The position numbers and the translations under genes are program-made. Below, piece after piece: positions 48,653 through 58,727 of a stretch of DNA of 64,000 nt. The stretch is from Candidatus Bathyarchaeota archaeon (lineage in GTDB: Archaea > Thermoproteota > Bathyarchaeia > Bathyarchaeales > Bathycorpusculaceae), in contig OY969706.1 in NCBI GenBank assembly GCA_963702095.1, positions 2,048,001 through 2,112,000 of the forward strand, in the 5' to 3' direction. Each line of letters opens with the position of its first letter. Position 1 is the first letter of the stretch. The notes below the pieces were generated by a model that had not been told where the DNA came from, searched no databases, and saw only the letters and a program-made list of their open reading frames with translations.

Positions 48653-49450
48653 ATGACGGCAGGCGTGGTGGATTGGTTACAGCTAAGGCAAAATATGCTG
48701 CTATCCACAAAAAGAATCGAGTTGTATAACCCAAGTTACTGGGATAAAGAAGCCACTACTGTCAATGAGAACATGGTGCAATGGGCTGAGTTTACAAAGA
48801 AACAGCTAAAAACACTGCCTATTTCCTCTGAAGCCACGGTTCTTGATGTGGGCGCCGGCACGGGGCGTATGACGTTGCCAATGGCAAAACTTGCCAAACA
48901 TGTTACGGCGTTAGATCCATCCCAAAAAATGCTCACCATCCTTAAAGAAAACGCTCAAAAACAGCGTATCCAAAATATTGAATACATTAATGACTCCTTA
49001 GAAGAACTAAAAGTAACCAACTCTTACGATTGGGTCGTTGCTTCGTTCTCACTTTTTATGTATAACATTGAAAGCGCACTGGCAAAGATGAATGCGTTAG
49101 CATCCAGAGGCGTTTACCTTTTCCTTTCAGCGTCGCCATGGATGGACACGGAAATGCAGAAAGCAGTCAATGACGGCTTGAATGTTTGGTCAGACTTCAT
49201 TTTCATCTACAACATTCTCTATGACAACGGCATACCCGCCAACGTTGAAATCTGGGACTACCAACTCAAACAGAACTATGCAGACTTGGAATCCGCAGTT
49301 TCAAAGCTATCACTAACCTATCATATCCCAGCTTCAAATACAAACAAACTAAGAGAATACCTCGAAACAAAATTGGTTGAAGAAAACGGAAAATTATGCT
49401 ACAACCGCGAAAGGAAGGCAGCAACAATATGGTGGACAACCAACCAATAA
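48653..49450 (+). CDS. Class I SAM-dependent methyltransferase
   Basis: VLDVGAGTG; VTALDPSQKML; YDWVVAS. Confidence 0.92.
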   Translation: MTAGVVDWLQLRQNMLLSTKRIELYNPSYWDKEATTVNENMVQWAEFTKKQLKTLPISSEATVLDVGAGTGRMTLPMAKLAKHVTALDPSQKMLTILKENAQKQRIQNIEYINDSLEELKVTNSYDWVVASFSLFMYNIESALAKMNALASRGVYLFLSASPWMDTEMQKAVNDGLNVWSDFIFIYNILYDNGIPANVEIWDYQLKQNYADLESAVSKLSLTYHIPASNTNKLREYLETKLVEENGKLCYNRERKAATIWWTTNQ

Positions 49451-50523
49451 CGCCCCAAATTAAAGAAACAAGCAACGTCGATGAAGAAAAACGGAAATAC
49501 CGGCGGCTTGTTGCCAAAAGAGGTTTGTTTTTAGGTTTAAGCTTGATCTTGCTCTTCGTTGTGGCCGGCATAGCTCTTAGTTTAGGTTCAGCCGACATGA
49601 CATTTTTCGATGCTTATGCAGCAGTGTTTGCAAGGGCTTTCCCAAACACGTTCCATGTAAGTGGGTTGGCTGACACGGTTGTTTGGACGCTGAGGTTGCC
49701 TAGGATTTTTTTGGCGGTTTTTGCGGGGGCAGCTTTAGCTATGGGCGGCTCTATTACGCAGGCAACTTTGAGAAACCCCATTGCAACCCCGTATACTCTG
49801 GGTGTTTCGGCAGGCGCCGGGTTAGGAGCAGCCATCGGCATCATATATGGTACGGGATTTCTCAACGGCGAATTTGTTATAATCGGAAACGCCTTTGTTT
49901 TCTCGTTAATCCCCGTCGCAGTAATCTTGTTGTTGGTGAAGCGTAAGGGAGCAGCGCCGGAAACCTTGATTTTGGCGGGGATAGCGATGGTGTACATTTT
50001 TTCTGCCTGCACCACTATTCTGCAGTATTTTGCAGAATCAAACGCTGTAAGCACCACGGTGTTTTGGATAGTGGGGGATTTGTCACGGGCTGCTTGGTGG
50101 CAACTGCCCTACATTTTGGGAGTGCTGGTTATTTGCATTCTAATTAACATCAAATTGGCTTGGGACATCAACATCATGAAAATGGGTGATGACACAGCAA
50201 AAAGTTTAGGCGTAGAAGTTGACCGCACAAGAACAATCGTGTTAATCACAGCTTGCCTCTCAACCGCGACGGTGGTTAGTTTCACAGGAGCTATCGGATT
50301 TATCTGCCTTGTTGCGCCGCATATTTGTCGTGCCGTTGTAGGCGGAGACGAACGGTACTTGATTGTTTCGTCTGCGGTTTTTGGGGCAATTCTCCTATTA
50401 GTCGCCGACATAGTTGCTAGGCGGTTGATTGCTCCGGTTGTGTTACCGGTGGGCGCGATAACTGCGTTTCTGGGTGGACCAATGCTGCTTTATCTGCTCG
50501 TTCGAAGGAGGCGAATGCGTTGA
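49429..50523 (+). CDS. ABC importer permease (FecCD/BtuC type)
   Basis: LRLPRI; LRNPIATPYTLG; GAIGFICLVAPH. Confidence 0.93.
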   Translation: MVDNQPITPQIKETSNVDEEKRKYRRLVAKRGLFLGLSLILLFVVAGIALSLGSADMTFFDAYAAVFARAFPNTFHVSGLADTVVWTLRLPRIFLAVFAGAALAMGGSITQATLRNPIATPYTLGVSAGAGLGAAIGIIYGTGFLNGEFVIIGNAFVFSLIPVAVILLLVKRKGAAPETLILAGIAMVYIFSACTTILQYFAESNAVSTTVFWIVGDLSRAAWWQLPYILGVLVICILINIKLAWDINIMKMGDDTAKSLGVEVDRTRTIVLITACLSTATVVSFTGAIGFICLVAPHICRAVVGGDERYLIVSSAVFGAILLLVADIVARRLIAPVVLPVGAITAFLGGPMLLYLLVRRRRMR

Positions 50524-50725
50524 AACAATGTTGGGGGTCTAGCGTTTTATGCATTGCCCTGTGGCGGGGTCGAAATGGTTTGTGTCGCCGTAATCGCAGT
50601 TTTTGCAGTCGTTTTTTATGTCTTGCCCAAACGGGCAACCCTTCAAATCAGCCATACTCTGCACCTAAAACGAGTGGTAGCACATATAAGATTTAAACCT
50701 TCTTTGCCGGTCCACCCAGTTCAGC

Positions 50726-51424
50726 TCAAGCAACTGCCATACCTGATTCCAAACCTACAAGCAAAGGCTCAAAGTTCTGATCCAAAACCACGATTTGATC
50801 AACTCTTGCAAAGAAAGCAGCCACTGAAGCATAAACCTCAGAGTATTCAAATCTCATTTTTAGTAAATAGCAATCCGTGAAGGTAAAGTCATATTCCCAC
50901 TCAACCTGTTGGTAGCTGCTTTGATTTTTGTAGAAGAACTGCATGCTGCCAGAACTAATGGTTTCTAGCCCGTTGGGGGTGGATATCACGATAGTGTTGT
51001 TATGCCATGTTACGTTTGGAGGGGGAAGGCTGTTATATATTTGCAACTCAGAGCATTTCGAAGCGTTTGCACTGTAGTTTAGCGACACACCTTTGGGTGA
51101 TTCTTTACCCTGTTGGCTAACGTAGCGTGTTTCATAATAGCTCAATGTTTTTGAGTCGACATAGTTAGGATAAACATATGATAAGTAAGTGCCGGGATTT
51201 AGGTAGGCTTGAGGGTCACTATCACCGCCGAAGCGTTCTTTTGAAGTTATGGCTGCATAGTTGAGAGATTCGGCTTCACTAATGGCATGTTCCTCATCGG
51301 CGGTCTCAAAGTTGCGCTCTACAGTCCTCTGGTAACTTGGTGGAATTTCTGGAGACAATACGCTCGATAGGTACAGTGCCGTCCCAACCACCGCAATCAG
51401 GCAGACCGCAAGTACCACAAGCAC
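50726..51424 (-). CDS. Membrane-anchored hypothetical protein
   Basis: N-terminal hydrophobic helix; 232-aa ORF. Confidence 0.7.
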   Translation of the reverse strand: MLVVLAVCLIAVVGTALYLSSVLSPEIPPSYQRTVERNFETADEEHAISEAESLNYAAITSKERFGGDSDPQAYLNPGTYLSYVYPNYVDSKTLSYYETRYVSQQGKESPKGVSLNYSANASKCSELQIYNSLPPPNVTWHNNTIVISTPNGLETISSGSMQFFYKNQSSYQQVEWEYDFTFTDCYLLKMRFEYSEVYASVAAFFARVDQIVVLDQNFEPLLVGLESGMAVA

Positions 51425-51657
51425 TGTTTTTCGTCTTATCGGGGAGCACCCTCTCTCTATTTTATTGCAATTGATTTAAAATTATCCCCAAAATCAGGAG
51501 CTGTTAAGGCTGCGGCGGCGAGAAGCACAACAAAGAGTAGGGGGCTATTCGGTTGAGGCGATTCATGGTTGTTGTTAGCTAAGAGTTGTGATAAAAGGCT
51601 TCTTGTATAGGTTTCTTGACAGAGGTTAGTCTAACTTTGTTGACAAGCATTAAAGCT

Positions 51658-51712
51658 GCTTGTGGAACAGCCCACAACCAGCCTACAACTTGAAACAGAT
51701 GCTGAAGCAAAA
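51658..51712 (+). repeat. Dispersed repeat family 2, partial copy C
   Basis: GCTTGTGGAACAGCCCACAACCAGCC resembles 22473-22500. Confidence 0.5.
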
Positions 51713-51738
51713 ACGGATTGTTTTAACCAATCGGCTGG

Positions 51739-51787
51739 TAGTTGTTGTGCATAGGGGGTTTTCTGCAACAACAACTATAAGAAAAAA
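51739..51787 (-). terminator. Hairpin and T-tract downstream of tRNA-Gln
   Basis: TAGTTGTTGTGCA / TGCAACAACAACTA inverted repeat next to a minus-strand T run. Confidence 0.45.
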
Positions 51788-51803
51788 GAATAATCGATGT
51801 TAG

Positions 51804-51879
51804 TGGTAGCCCAGAAGAGATTCGAACTCTTGTCAAAGGCTCCAGAGGCCTCTATGCTTGACCACTACACCACTGGGCT
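51804..51879 (-). tRNA. tRNA-Gln(CTG), CCA encoded, no intron
   Basis: Cloverleaf AGCCCAG/CTGGGCT, anticodon loop CT-CTG-GA, TTCGAAT T-loop, A1-U72. Confidence 0.97.
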
Positions 51880-52064
51880 GCGCAGACACAGAGAAACACC
51901 GTTGGGTTTTATTAACTTTAACTTGCGTTCCGCGGGCTTTGAGCGTTTTCTCTCCAAAAAAAGATAAAGAACGATCACCCGGGAGGTTCTCAGGAAGACT
52001 ATCTATCCAGCGGAAGAACAAAAGCTAAAAGGACAAACAAGCCAACTATATAGTCGGGAGAAAT

Positions 52065-52238
52065 ATGTGGAGAAATGCAAAATATACTTGCAAGAGTTGT
52101 GGCTTCGCTTTTCCTAAACAATCGGCTGTGATTAGCGGTCACGAGGGCGGAGAACGCGGCAAACACGTGCACTGTGACAGATGCGGAGCTATCGTAGCCG
52201 ATTTTATCAAAACCGAAAAGACAGCAATGGCAGCTTAA
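52065..52238 (+). CDS. 57-aa zinc-finger microprotein
   Basis: MWRNAKYTCKSCGFAFP...VHCDRCGAIVADF; two CxxCG motifs; GGGAG RBS. Confidence 0.78.
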   Translation: MWRNAKYTCKSCGFAFPKQSAVISGHEGGERGKHVHCDRCGAIVADFIKTEKTAMAA

Positions 52239-52422
52239 AGCAAACAGAATGATCTATTGGGCACAGAATACATAGCCAATTTATATGACCGTTAAGCCTC
52301 AGGCAGGTACCTTCGAATGGGCTGAAAATCAAGAAAACAGTGGACACTCAAGCAAAGGTGTTTAGAACGGCTTTTCCGTATGTAGGAGGATTTTCTATTG
52401 GAAGAAACCCTTAAGGTGGCAG

Positions 52423-53427
52423 TCAAGGTACTAGTATTGCTCTGCCCACGATTTTACCCTGCTTAAGCTTAATCAACACATCCTCCGCTTCACTAAGCCG
52501 ATAGACGTTAAAGTCCACTCGCACCCTGCCCATCGAAGCCAACTTCAAGGTCTCATTCATATCCAGCCTAGTACCGATAACACTTCCGATAATGGAGCGT
52601 TCTTCAGGAAAACTAATTGACACATTACCAAGCACCCCCATCAAAACAGTGCCTCCACGCTTAACAACCCGAAAAGCTTGATCCACGGCTCTCTGTGAGG
52701 GCGCATGAACCATAACTACGTCGGCACGCCCAGTTTTTACAATAAAATCCTCAAGCTCCGAAGCATCCATAGCGTGGTCAGCACCAATGTCCTGCGCCAA
52801 CCTCAATTTTTCCTCAGAAGTATCCACCGCGATGGTTTCGGCACCCGCTAACTTGGCGAACTGCAAAGTCATATGCCCCACGCCGCCAACGCCGATAACC
52901 GCTACTCTTTGACCTATGCATACGTTGGCACGTTTAACTGCATGGTAAGCGGTGACGCCTGGACAGAACAATGAGGCGCTTTCTTCAAAGCCTAAATTGC
53001 CGGGTAATCGATGAACAAAAGCGGCGGGCGCAACCATGTATTCAGCGTAGCCGCCGTCGACGACTTCACCTGTGGTTTGACGTTTGAGGCAGAGGTTTTC
53101 GCGCCCAGAAAGACAGAATTCACATGTTCCATCGGCATTCCAGAGCACTTGCACTCCGACGCGGTCGCCGACTTCAAAACCCTTTGCAGAGGCACCGATC
53201 CGGTCGATGACGCCTGTGACTTCATGTCCGGGGATGATTGGGAGTTTCGCTGGGACGCCGAATTGTTTGAGTTCACCCTCTATCATGTGGAGGTTACTGT
53301 AGCATACTCCACAGGCTTTGACTTTTATTAGGACTTGGTCAGGTTGCGGTTGTGGGATGGGGACAGTTGTGTAGATGAGAGGGTGGTTTTCTATTTTATC
53401 GATTCGGGTAAGGAGTTGGGCTTTCAT
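52423..53427 (-). CDS. Zinc-dependent alcohol dehydrogenase (MDR family)
   Basis: CGVCYS; PGHE; CEFC...C structural site; GVGGVG. Confidence 0.93.
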   Translation of the reverse strand: MKAQLLTRIDKIENHPLIYTTVPIPQPQPDQVLIKVKACGVCYSNLHMIEGELKQFGVPAKLPIIPGHEVTGVIDRIGASAKGFEVGDRVGVQVLWNADGTCEFCLSGRENLCLKRQTTGEVVDGGYAEYMVAPAAFVHRLPGNLGFEESASLFCPGVTAYHAVKRANVCIGQRVAVIGVGGVGHMTLQFAKLAGAETIAVDTSEEKLRLAQDIGADHAMDASELEDFIVKTGRADVVMVHAPSQRAVDQAFRVVKRGGTVLMGVLGNVSISFPEERSIIGSVIGTRLDMNETLKLASMGRVRVDFNVYRLSEAEDVLIKLKQGKIVGRAILVP

Positions 53428-53604
53428 TTGTGAACAGTCCACTGGCAAATAGTTAATATGTTTTTGAAGTAATTACTCTTAGGTTTATTGGTATGTGACT
53501 GATAAATCCGCAGCTACAAGCCACCTTTCTTATGTTTGGCAGGCGAAGGGAAATCACAATAACCCTTTTATTTCCCAAAAAAGTTGAGATTAAATGGATA
53601 CATT

Positions 53605-54036
53605 ATGCCCACAATTAAAGACATCATGACTAAAAAAGTTATAACGGTAGAAGCAAACAGAACCGTGTTTGAAGCCGCAGAGCTTATGACTGAAAAAGGG
53701 GTAGGCTGCATAATCGTGGTTATCGAAGGGTTTCCAGTGGGGATAATCACAGAGCGCGATATTGTTCGGAGAATCGTGGCTAAACGCAGTTCACTAGACA
53801 TTAAAGTCACGGAGGTTATGACAAAGACACTCATAACAGTCGACCCCGACACATCAGTAAGGGAAGCCGCAAGAATAATGTCAACCAATCGAATTCGACG
53901 GCTGCCCGTTCTAAAAAATAATAAACTGGTCGGGATAGTGGTCGCTTCAGATTTCGTTCGCAACGCCGGCAAAAAAACCACTACAGAAGAAATTTTGGAG
54001 GCACTGGGGCGGTATCCAACTGGACCCGTCTCTTAG
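53605..54036 (+). CDS. CBS-domain pair protein
   Basis: IKDIMT...VGIITERDI; VMTKTLITV...RRLPV. Confidence 0.93.
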   Translation: MPTIKDIMTKKVITVEANRTVFEAAELMTEKGVGCIIVVIEGFPVGIITERDIVRRIVAKRSSLDIKVTEVMTKTLITVDPDTSVREAARIMSTNRIRRLPVLKNNKLVGIVVASDFVRNAGKKTTTEEILEALGRYPTGPVS

Positions 54037-54056
54037 AGACCCCTTTTGCTTCTGGC

Positions 54057-54266
54057 TTAAAGTCGGTTGATTTGTAAATTGTGTTCCTTCATGACCAACT
54101 GGGGATTCAGAGGTTTGTTTTTGGAAGCCAGGTACGGTGGTTCTTGGGGATTGAGTAAGCGTCTGATTCTCTGCCACATCTCAATGAAAAGGCGGCCCTC
54201 ATCTGTTGTGTAGTACTTGCGTTCTTTATACTGGTATGTTAGAAGATTGGAAGCTTGTTTTAGTGA
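54057..54266 (-). pseudogene. 3' half of a winged-helix protein gene
   Basis: Reads LKQASNLLTYQYKERKYYTTDEGRLFIEMW...* with an upstream in-frame stop and no start. Confidence 0.55.
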
Positions 54267-54967
54267 TTATTGTGCCTTCCGCATATTTGGATGTTGAGAA
54301 TCAACGGTGGGTTTCCGCAATAGAGACCCAGATGCCCATGCTTGTCCGCGGAGTCTCCGAATCCCAGGAAACCGGGTTAACCCTAGTTAAAGCGTTGGAG
54401 AAGGTTGTTGATAACAAGTTAATCAGGCATCCATTATCCGACGAAATCAAACGGTTAACTGTTCAGATGGCTTGGGGCACATCGTTTGAGCAGGCATTAA
54501 CCAACTTTAAAGAGCGAATCAACTCACCCATCGTAAACCGTTTCTGTGCGCTTGTGCTTGAAGCCAGCCAATCAGGAGGAACCATCCGCAAAGTCTTCAA
54601 CGCCACCGCAGGATTCATGGAGGAAATGAAAGACATCGACCGAGAAACAAGCAACCAGATGAAACCCTATATAATCATCATTTACTCAGCATTCATAATC
54701 TTCATAATCACCGCTGTGCTGCTGGTTCAATCCTTCTTTGCCCCCATGCAGGGCGCACCCCAAATCATGGGTTCTACTTCGCTGGGCAGCATCGGCGGAC
54801 TCAAAGATTTCTTTTACAAGGACATGCTGATTTCCGCGATAAGTGGCGGCTTAATGGCTGGGAAGCTTGGTGAACGCCGGGTAATGGCTGGTTTGAAACA
54901 CGCCATAATCCTCTCTGCCATAGGTTATGCAATTTTCTTTTTAACTATTCAACCGACATGGAGCTAA
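54263..54967 (+). pseudogene. 5'-truncated TadC/T2SS-F pilus assembly membrane protein
   Basis: QMPMLVRGVSESQETGL; WGTSFEQAL; ASQSGG; N-terminal TM region and credible start are missing. Confidence 0.7.
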
Positions 54968-54972
54968 AAGAA

Positions 54973-55461
54973 ATGAGAAAGTTTGTACGTAACAAAAGAG
55001 CGTTGTCAACGGTGATTTCTACGTTGCTGATGATTATGGTGGCTATGGTCGGCATGACTGTGGCGTTTGCCAGCGTCGTCGTCTACGCGGACACTTATAA
55101 GAACGGAGTAGGAGGCTCAGTGCTGGAGTCACTAACGGTCGAAGACGTTTACGAGAATGCTGAACACAATATTGTCGTCACTGTCTATAATCCATCGACA
55201 AATGACAATCTTGGAACAGACGTCCAAGTGAAAGTAACAGGAATCTACGTTGACGGCGGCCAAGCTCTTGCTAACGTCAGAGGCAGCCAGAGCAGCAACA
55301 TAAACTACAACAAAGTGGACTTCGATGAGCAGACCGTTGCTGCGGGTGAACACATTACCTTTGTGGGCAGAGCTAACTGCGTGCTCTCGTCTGGATCACA
55401 TGCCTTAACGGTCGCGACACAGAGAGGGTCCAACTTTTATAGCCAATTCACGGCATCTTAG
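54973..55461 (+). CDS. Type IV pilin-like protein
   Basis: Class III signal peptide NKRA/LSTVISTLLMIMV. Confidence 0.85.
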   Translation: MRKFVRNKRALSTVISTLLMIMVAMVGMTVAFASVVVYADTYKNGVGGSVLESLTVEDVYENAEHNIVVTVYNPSTNDNLGTDVQVKVTGIYVDGGQALANVRGSQSSNINYNKVDFDEQTVAAGEHITFVGRANCVLSSGSHALTVATQRGSNFYSQFTAS

Positions 55462-55473
55462 GAGCGAAATGAT

Positions 55474-55965
55474 TTGCTTAAAAAATTTAGAAGAAACCGA
55501 AATGGCACAGCAGAAGTAATAGGAACTATCATGCTTGTCATGATACTTTTGTTTTTCTTCACCAACGTTTATGTTTGGCATGACACAGCGGTGAAGCAGG
55601 CAAACCAACTGTACGTGAAACAACTGAGCTCTAGCTTTAAGATACAGCAGGACACAACAGGCATAAACATCACCGCCGACGGCGGCTCAGACATTTATCT
55701 TTCAAGACTATGGATAGTTGACGAATCAAACCCTCATAGCCCCCACTTATACGCAGATTTGTCTGGCGCCCATATCAACGCAGGCGCCACATTTTTCATC
55801 AAATTCAATGAGGAATTGGCGCCCCAAGACAACAAGGTCCAAGCAGACCCACCTTACGGCAACGAATTAAAAGTGCACTATAGCATCCAAGAAGGGTTAA
55901 CCTGCAAAGTTGTTAACACGTTGGGGATAGAAAAATCAGTTGTAATTACTGGTCTGCCAGCATAA
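55474..55965 (+). CDS. Type IV pilin-like protein
   Basis: Class III signal peptide NRNG/TAEVIGTIMLVMI. Confidence 0.8.
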   Translation: MLKKFRRNRNGTAEVIGTIMLVMILLFFFTNVYVWHDTAVKQANQLYVKQLSSSFKIQQDTTGINITADGGSDIYLSRLWIVDESNPHSPHLYADLSGAHINAGATFFIKFNEELAPQDNKVQADPPYGNELKVHYSIQEGLTCKVVNTLGIEKSVVITGLPA

Positions 55966-55992
55966 ACATTCCTCTTTCTTTGTGTATTTTTC

Positions 55993-56330
55993 TCTCTCTT
56001 TATGTGGGTGTGGGGGTTTGCGGGGCACCACAAGACTGCTTGAGGCGGCGGCGGCTTTTTTGGGTTGCAACGGTTCCCAGCGCCTGTTACGGTGTGGCAA
56101 TGATGTTTTTCTTTCACGCCCTGCATGGCCCTATGTTGAAGCCGTCAGGGTATGTATGTGAAAGCATGTATCGTTTGCTTTTTCCCATTTAAATAGCAAT
56201 GAACAGCACAATCCAGCGGACACTATCAGGGTCATTCGGAATTACGTCCACCCGCAAAACCCCCAACCAAACGCCCCAATAAGCAGTTTCGGAAAACAAA
56301 AAGCACAATACACACAACCGAAAACAACCC
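55993..56330. repeat. Dispersed repeat family 1, copy B
   Basis: Homologous to 2301-2580 with a ~70-bp insertion; first 59 bp inverted-identical (58/59) to 63745-63803. Confidence 0.85.
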
Positions 56331-56361
56331 TTATAAACCCCGAAGGGCAATAACTGCAGGT

Positions 56362-56479
56362 TTGCCGGTCATAGGGCACGGGTTCCACCTGATCCCATTC
56401 CGAACTCAGAAGTTAAACCGTGTTCCGTTCCCAGTTGTAGTGTGGTCTTAGGCCACGTGAACCTGGGAAAGCTGGCAAC
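56362..56479 (+). rRNA. rrf: 5S rRNA (stand-alone)
   Basis: GATCCCATTCCGAACTCAGAAGTTAA motif; terminal stem TTGCCGG/CTGGCAA; own TATA (TTATAAA near 56331). Confidence 0.95.
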
Positions 56480-56628
56480 ATCTTCTCTTCACTCAAAAAC
56501 CCAAATGGGCCGAACTACAAAGCCAAAACAGCTCTACAAATGCCCAATTAATTAAGCAAGCGCCTTATCCTTTGTTTTGTACAGGAAACCTTAAAACATG
56601 ACAGGGCATTTTTATTCCAATTCAGTTT

Positions 56629-56706
<78 letters not shown>

Positions 56707-56758
56707 CTGAACCTTTTCTAGCAAAGCTTTAATCCCATTTGTTATACATGTATAACTT

Positions 56759-56965
56759 ATGAGTGCCAAAACAAAAGTAAAATGCTGGGGCAACTCCTTA
56801 GGCGTAATCCTTCCCAAAGCCCTCGTAGACCAAGAGGAACTAAAAGAAGGCGAAGAAGTCGAAATAACAGTCCACAAACTATCAGACGTTCGTTCCCTCC
56901 GCGGCAAATACCCTTTCAAAGACCTGCAACATGAAAAAGACCAGATGAAACACGGCTGGGAATAA
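56759..56965 (+). CDS. AbrB/MazE-family antitoxin (VapB)
   Basis: KVKCWGNSLGVILPK...LKEGEEVEI. Confidence 0.9.
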   Translation: MSAKTKVKCWGNSLGVILPKALVDQEELKEGEEVEITVHKLSDVRSLRGKYPFKDLQHEKDQMKHGWE

Positions 56966-56966
56966 G

Positions 56967-57347
56967 TTGGAAAAAACCCGTTTCTTCTACGACAGCTACG
57001 CGGTTATGGCTTACCTCAGCGACAACTCCAATTACAGAGCATACTTTGAAGAAAACAACGGCTACTTAACCAAATTAAACCTCATGGAAATTTCTTATCG
57101 CACACTCGAACTCCACGGTACCCATGCAGTTTCCGAAGTAGTCAACCTATTTGCAAAATATATCATTGACTTTGGGTTATCTGACATTGTTGGTGCAATG
57201 AAGCTACGGTTGAAGCTTAAGAAAGATGGTCGAAACATATCTTACGCGGATGCCCTTGGATACTACATGGCGTTAAAAAATAGGCTAAAATTTCTAACAG
57301 GTGACCGAGAATTCGAGCGGTTAGAGAATGTTGAATTTATTAAGTAA
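56967..57347 (+). CDS. vapC: PIN-domain toxin VapC
   Basis: FFYDSYA; NLMEI; ISYADALGY; LTGDREF. Confidence 0.9.
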   Translation: MEKTRFFYDSYAVMAYLSDNSNYRAYFEENNGYLTKLNLMEISYRTLELHGTHAVSEVVNLFAKYIIDFGLSDIVGAMKLRLKLKKDGRNISYADALGYYMALKNRLKFLTGDREFERLENVEFIK

Positions 57348-57355
57348 CCCCATCG

Positions 57356-57413
57356 TCAGCCTTTGTCTTCTAAGCGAGGGGTAAGGGTTCCAAATCCCCT
57401 CCCGCCCGCCCCA
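57356..57413 (+). repeat. Degenerate copy of tRNA-Arg 3' half (att-like)
   Basis: CTTCTAAGCGAGGGGTAAGGGTTCCAAATCCCCTCCCGCCCGCC versus tRNA 56662-56706. Confidence 0.8.
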
Positions 57414-57485
57414 CCCAACTTCTTCAGAGGCTGTTTGGGCTTTACAAGTAAATTATATAACCCAATAGATACACCAAGTTTCCTT

Positions 57486-58156
57486 ATGGATTGGCTGTGC
57501 AAGTATCTCTCGATATGCTTAGTTATAATCTTAGCCGTCTCAAGCCTAATTGCAATTGAATTTGCGGAGGCTCAAACGCCATCCACTCCAACATTTAAAG
57601 TTAAACTAATAAGTGGCTACAATGAAGTCCCAACGACTTACTCGACTGACCCGTATACTGGGGAACAATAACCAAAATAGGCTACACAGTAAATACAATG
57701 AATATTTCATTTGTAATTGATAATTCGCCAAATACTTCGTTCTATCTAATACAACTAAAGGGTCACTATACCCCAGAATGGTCAACACTATATGAAGACG
57801 GGTATAACATTACTGCATTTGCCTCTTCAGATCCGCAGACTGCCTTTATCCTACTTTATGGTAGTAACGAAACAAGCCCTGAAGGAAAAATTGGACTTTT
57901 CTTCCCACCTCACTGGGGAATCAATGTACCTCTGGGCAGTCAGTTGGATTTTCGATTGCAGGCAGTTAGTGGAAATATAGTAGTCTCAGACTGGGGTGCA
58001 AACTACAATTGGGCTGTAGGCGAAACAAGTGCTTGGAGTAATACACAGACTATTAAAGTAGTTGAAAGTTCACCTACACCATCTCCTTCAGTTCCAAGTT
58101 TCCCACAACCTTGTCATTGGCTACAATACTATCTGTTGTTACTTTATTGGTACTAA
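57486..58156 (+). pseudogene. Frameshifted secreted protein gene
   Basis: Signal peptide, then TPTFKVKL...STDPYTGE; continues in another frame (TITKIGYTVNTMNISF); C-terminal PTPSPSVP anchor region also looks shifted. Confidence 0.6.
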
Positions 58157-58258
58157 TACGGAAAAATGTAATCCCTTTTCGGCAGCCCAATAGTTTTTTA
58201 GCAGAACCAACAAGCCTTTAGTAATGGTTCACTGTTGACACCTATATCTGGTGGATTC

Positions 58259-58532
58259 ATGAAATTCGGCGTTTAGTCGAAAAAATGAGGATGGCTATTA
58301 CGTTGCTTATGTTCCAGATTTGTCTGGCTGCCACACGCAAGCCAAAACGCTTGATGAAGTCATGAAACGGATCAAGGAAGCAATTCAAGCCTGCCTTGCC
58401 GCTGAAGGACTGAAAAGCCATGGGCGCACTGAACTTGTTGGCGTTCAGCACAAAAAACAGAGAAAAAACCTAAGCAAGAAACTCCTCATTGTTTCTTGGA
58501 CACCGCAATTTCTTTCGGGAATAAGATTCTGA
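58259..58532 (+). pseudogene. HicB-family antitoxin remnant
   Basis: EDGYYVAYVPDLSGCHTQAKTLDEVMKRIKEAI is out of frame with the ATG at 58259; no hicA seen. Confidence 0.75.
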
Positions 58533-58727
58533 TAAAATGATGGTGCCTGTCAGCTTAGCCTCCGAGGCTACTATATGAGCTAATTCACCTGTTTTTCAGC
58601 AATTTTTTCATAACATGTATATTAACTACTCGCTATTCTTAGTGGGTTGCATTGAACGCATTTTAGTTTAAAGCCCTAAATCGGGTTTTAATCGTTTAAT
58701 GACGCTCTTTGCAAGTAGTGAGTCGAA

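Noticed and set aside
55878-56192. Protein genes over repeat family 1 (also 2247-2722 and 63625-63885)
   Set aside because: Low-complexity ORFs with inconsistent starts between copies; coding status is unsupported
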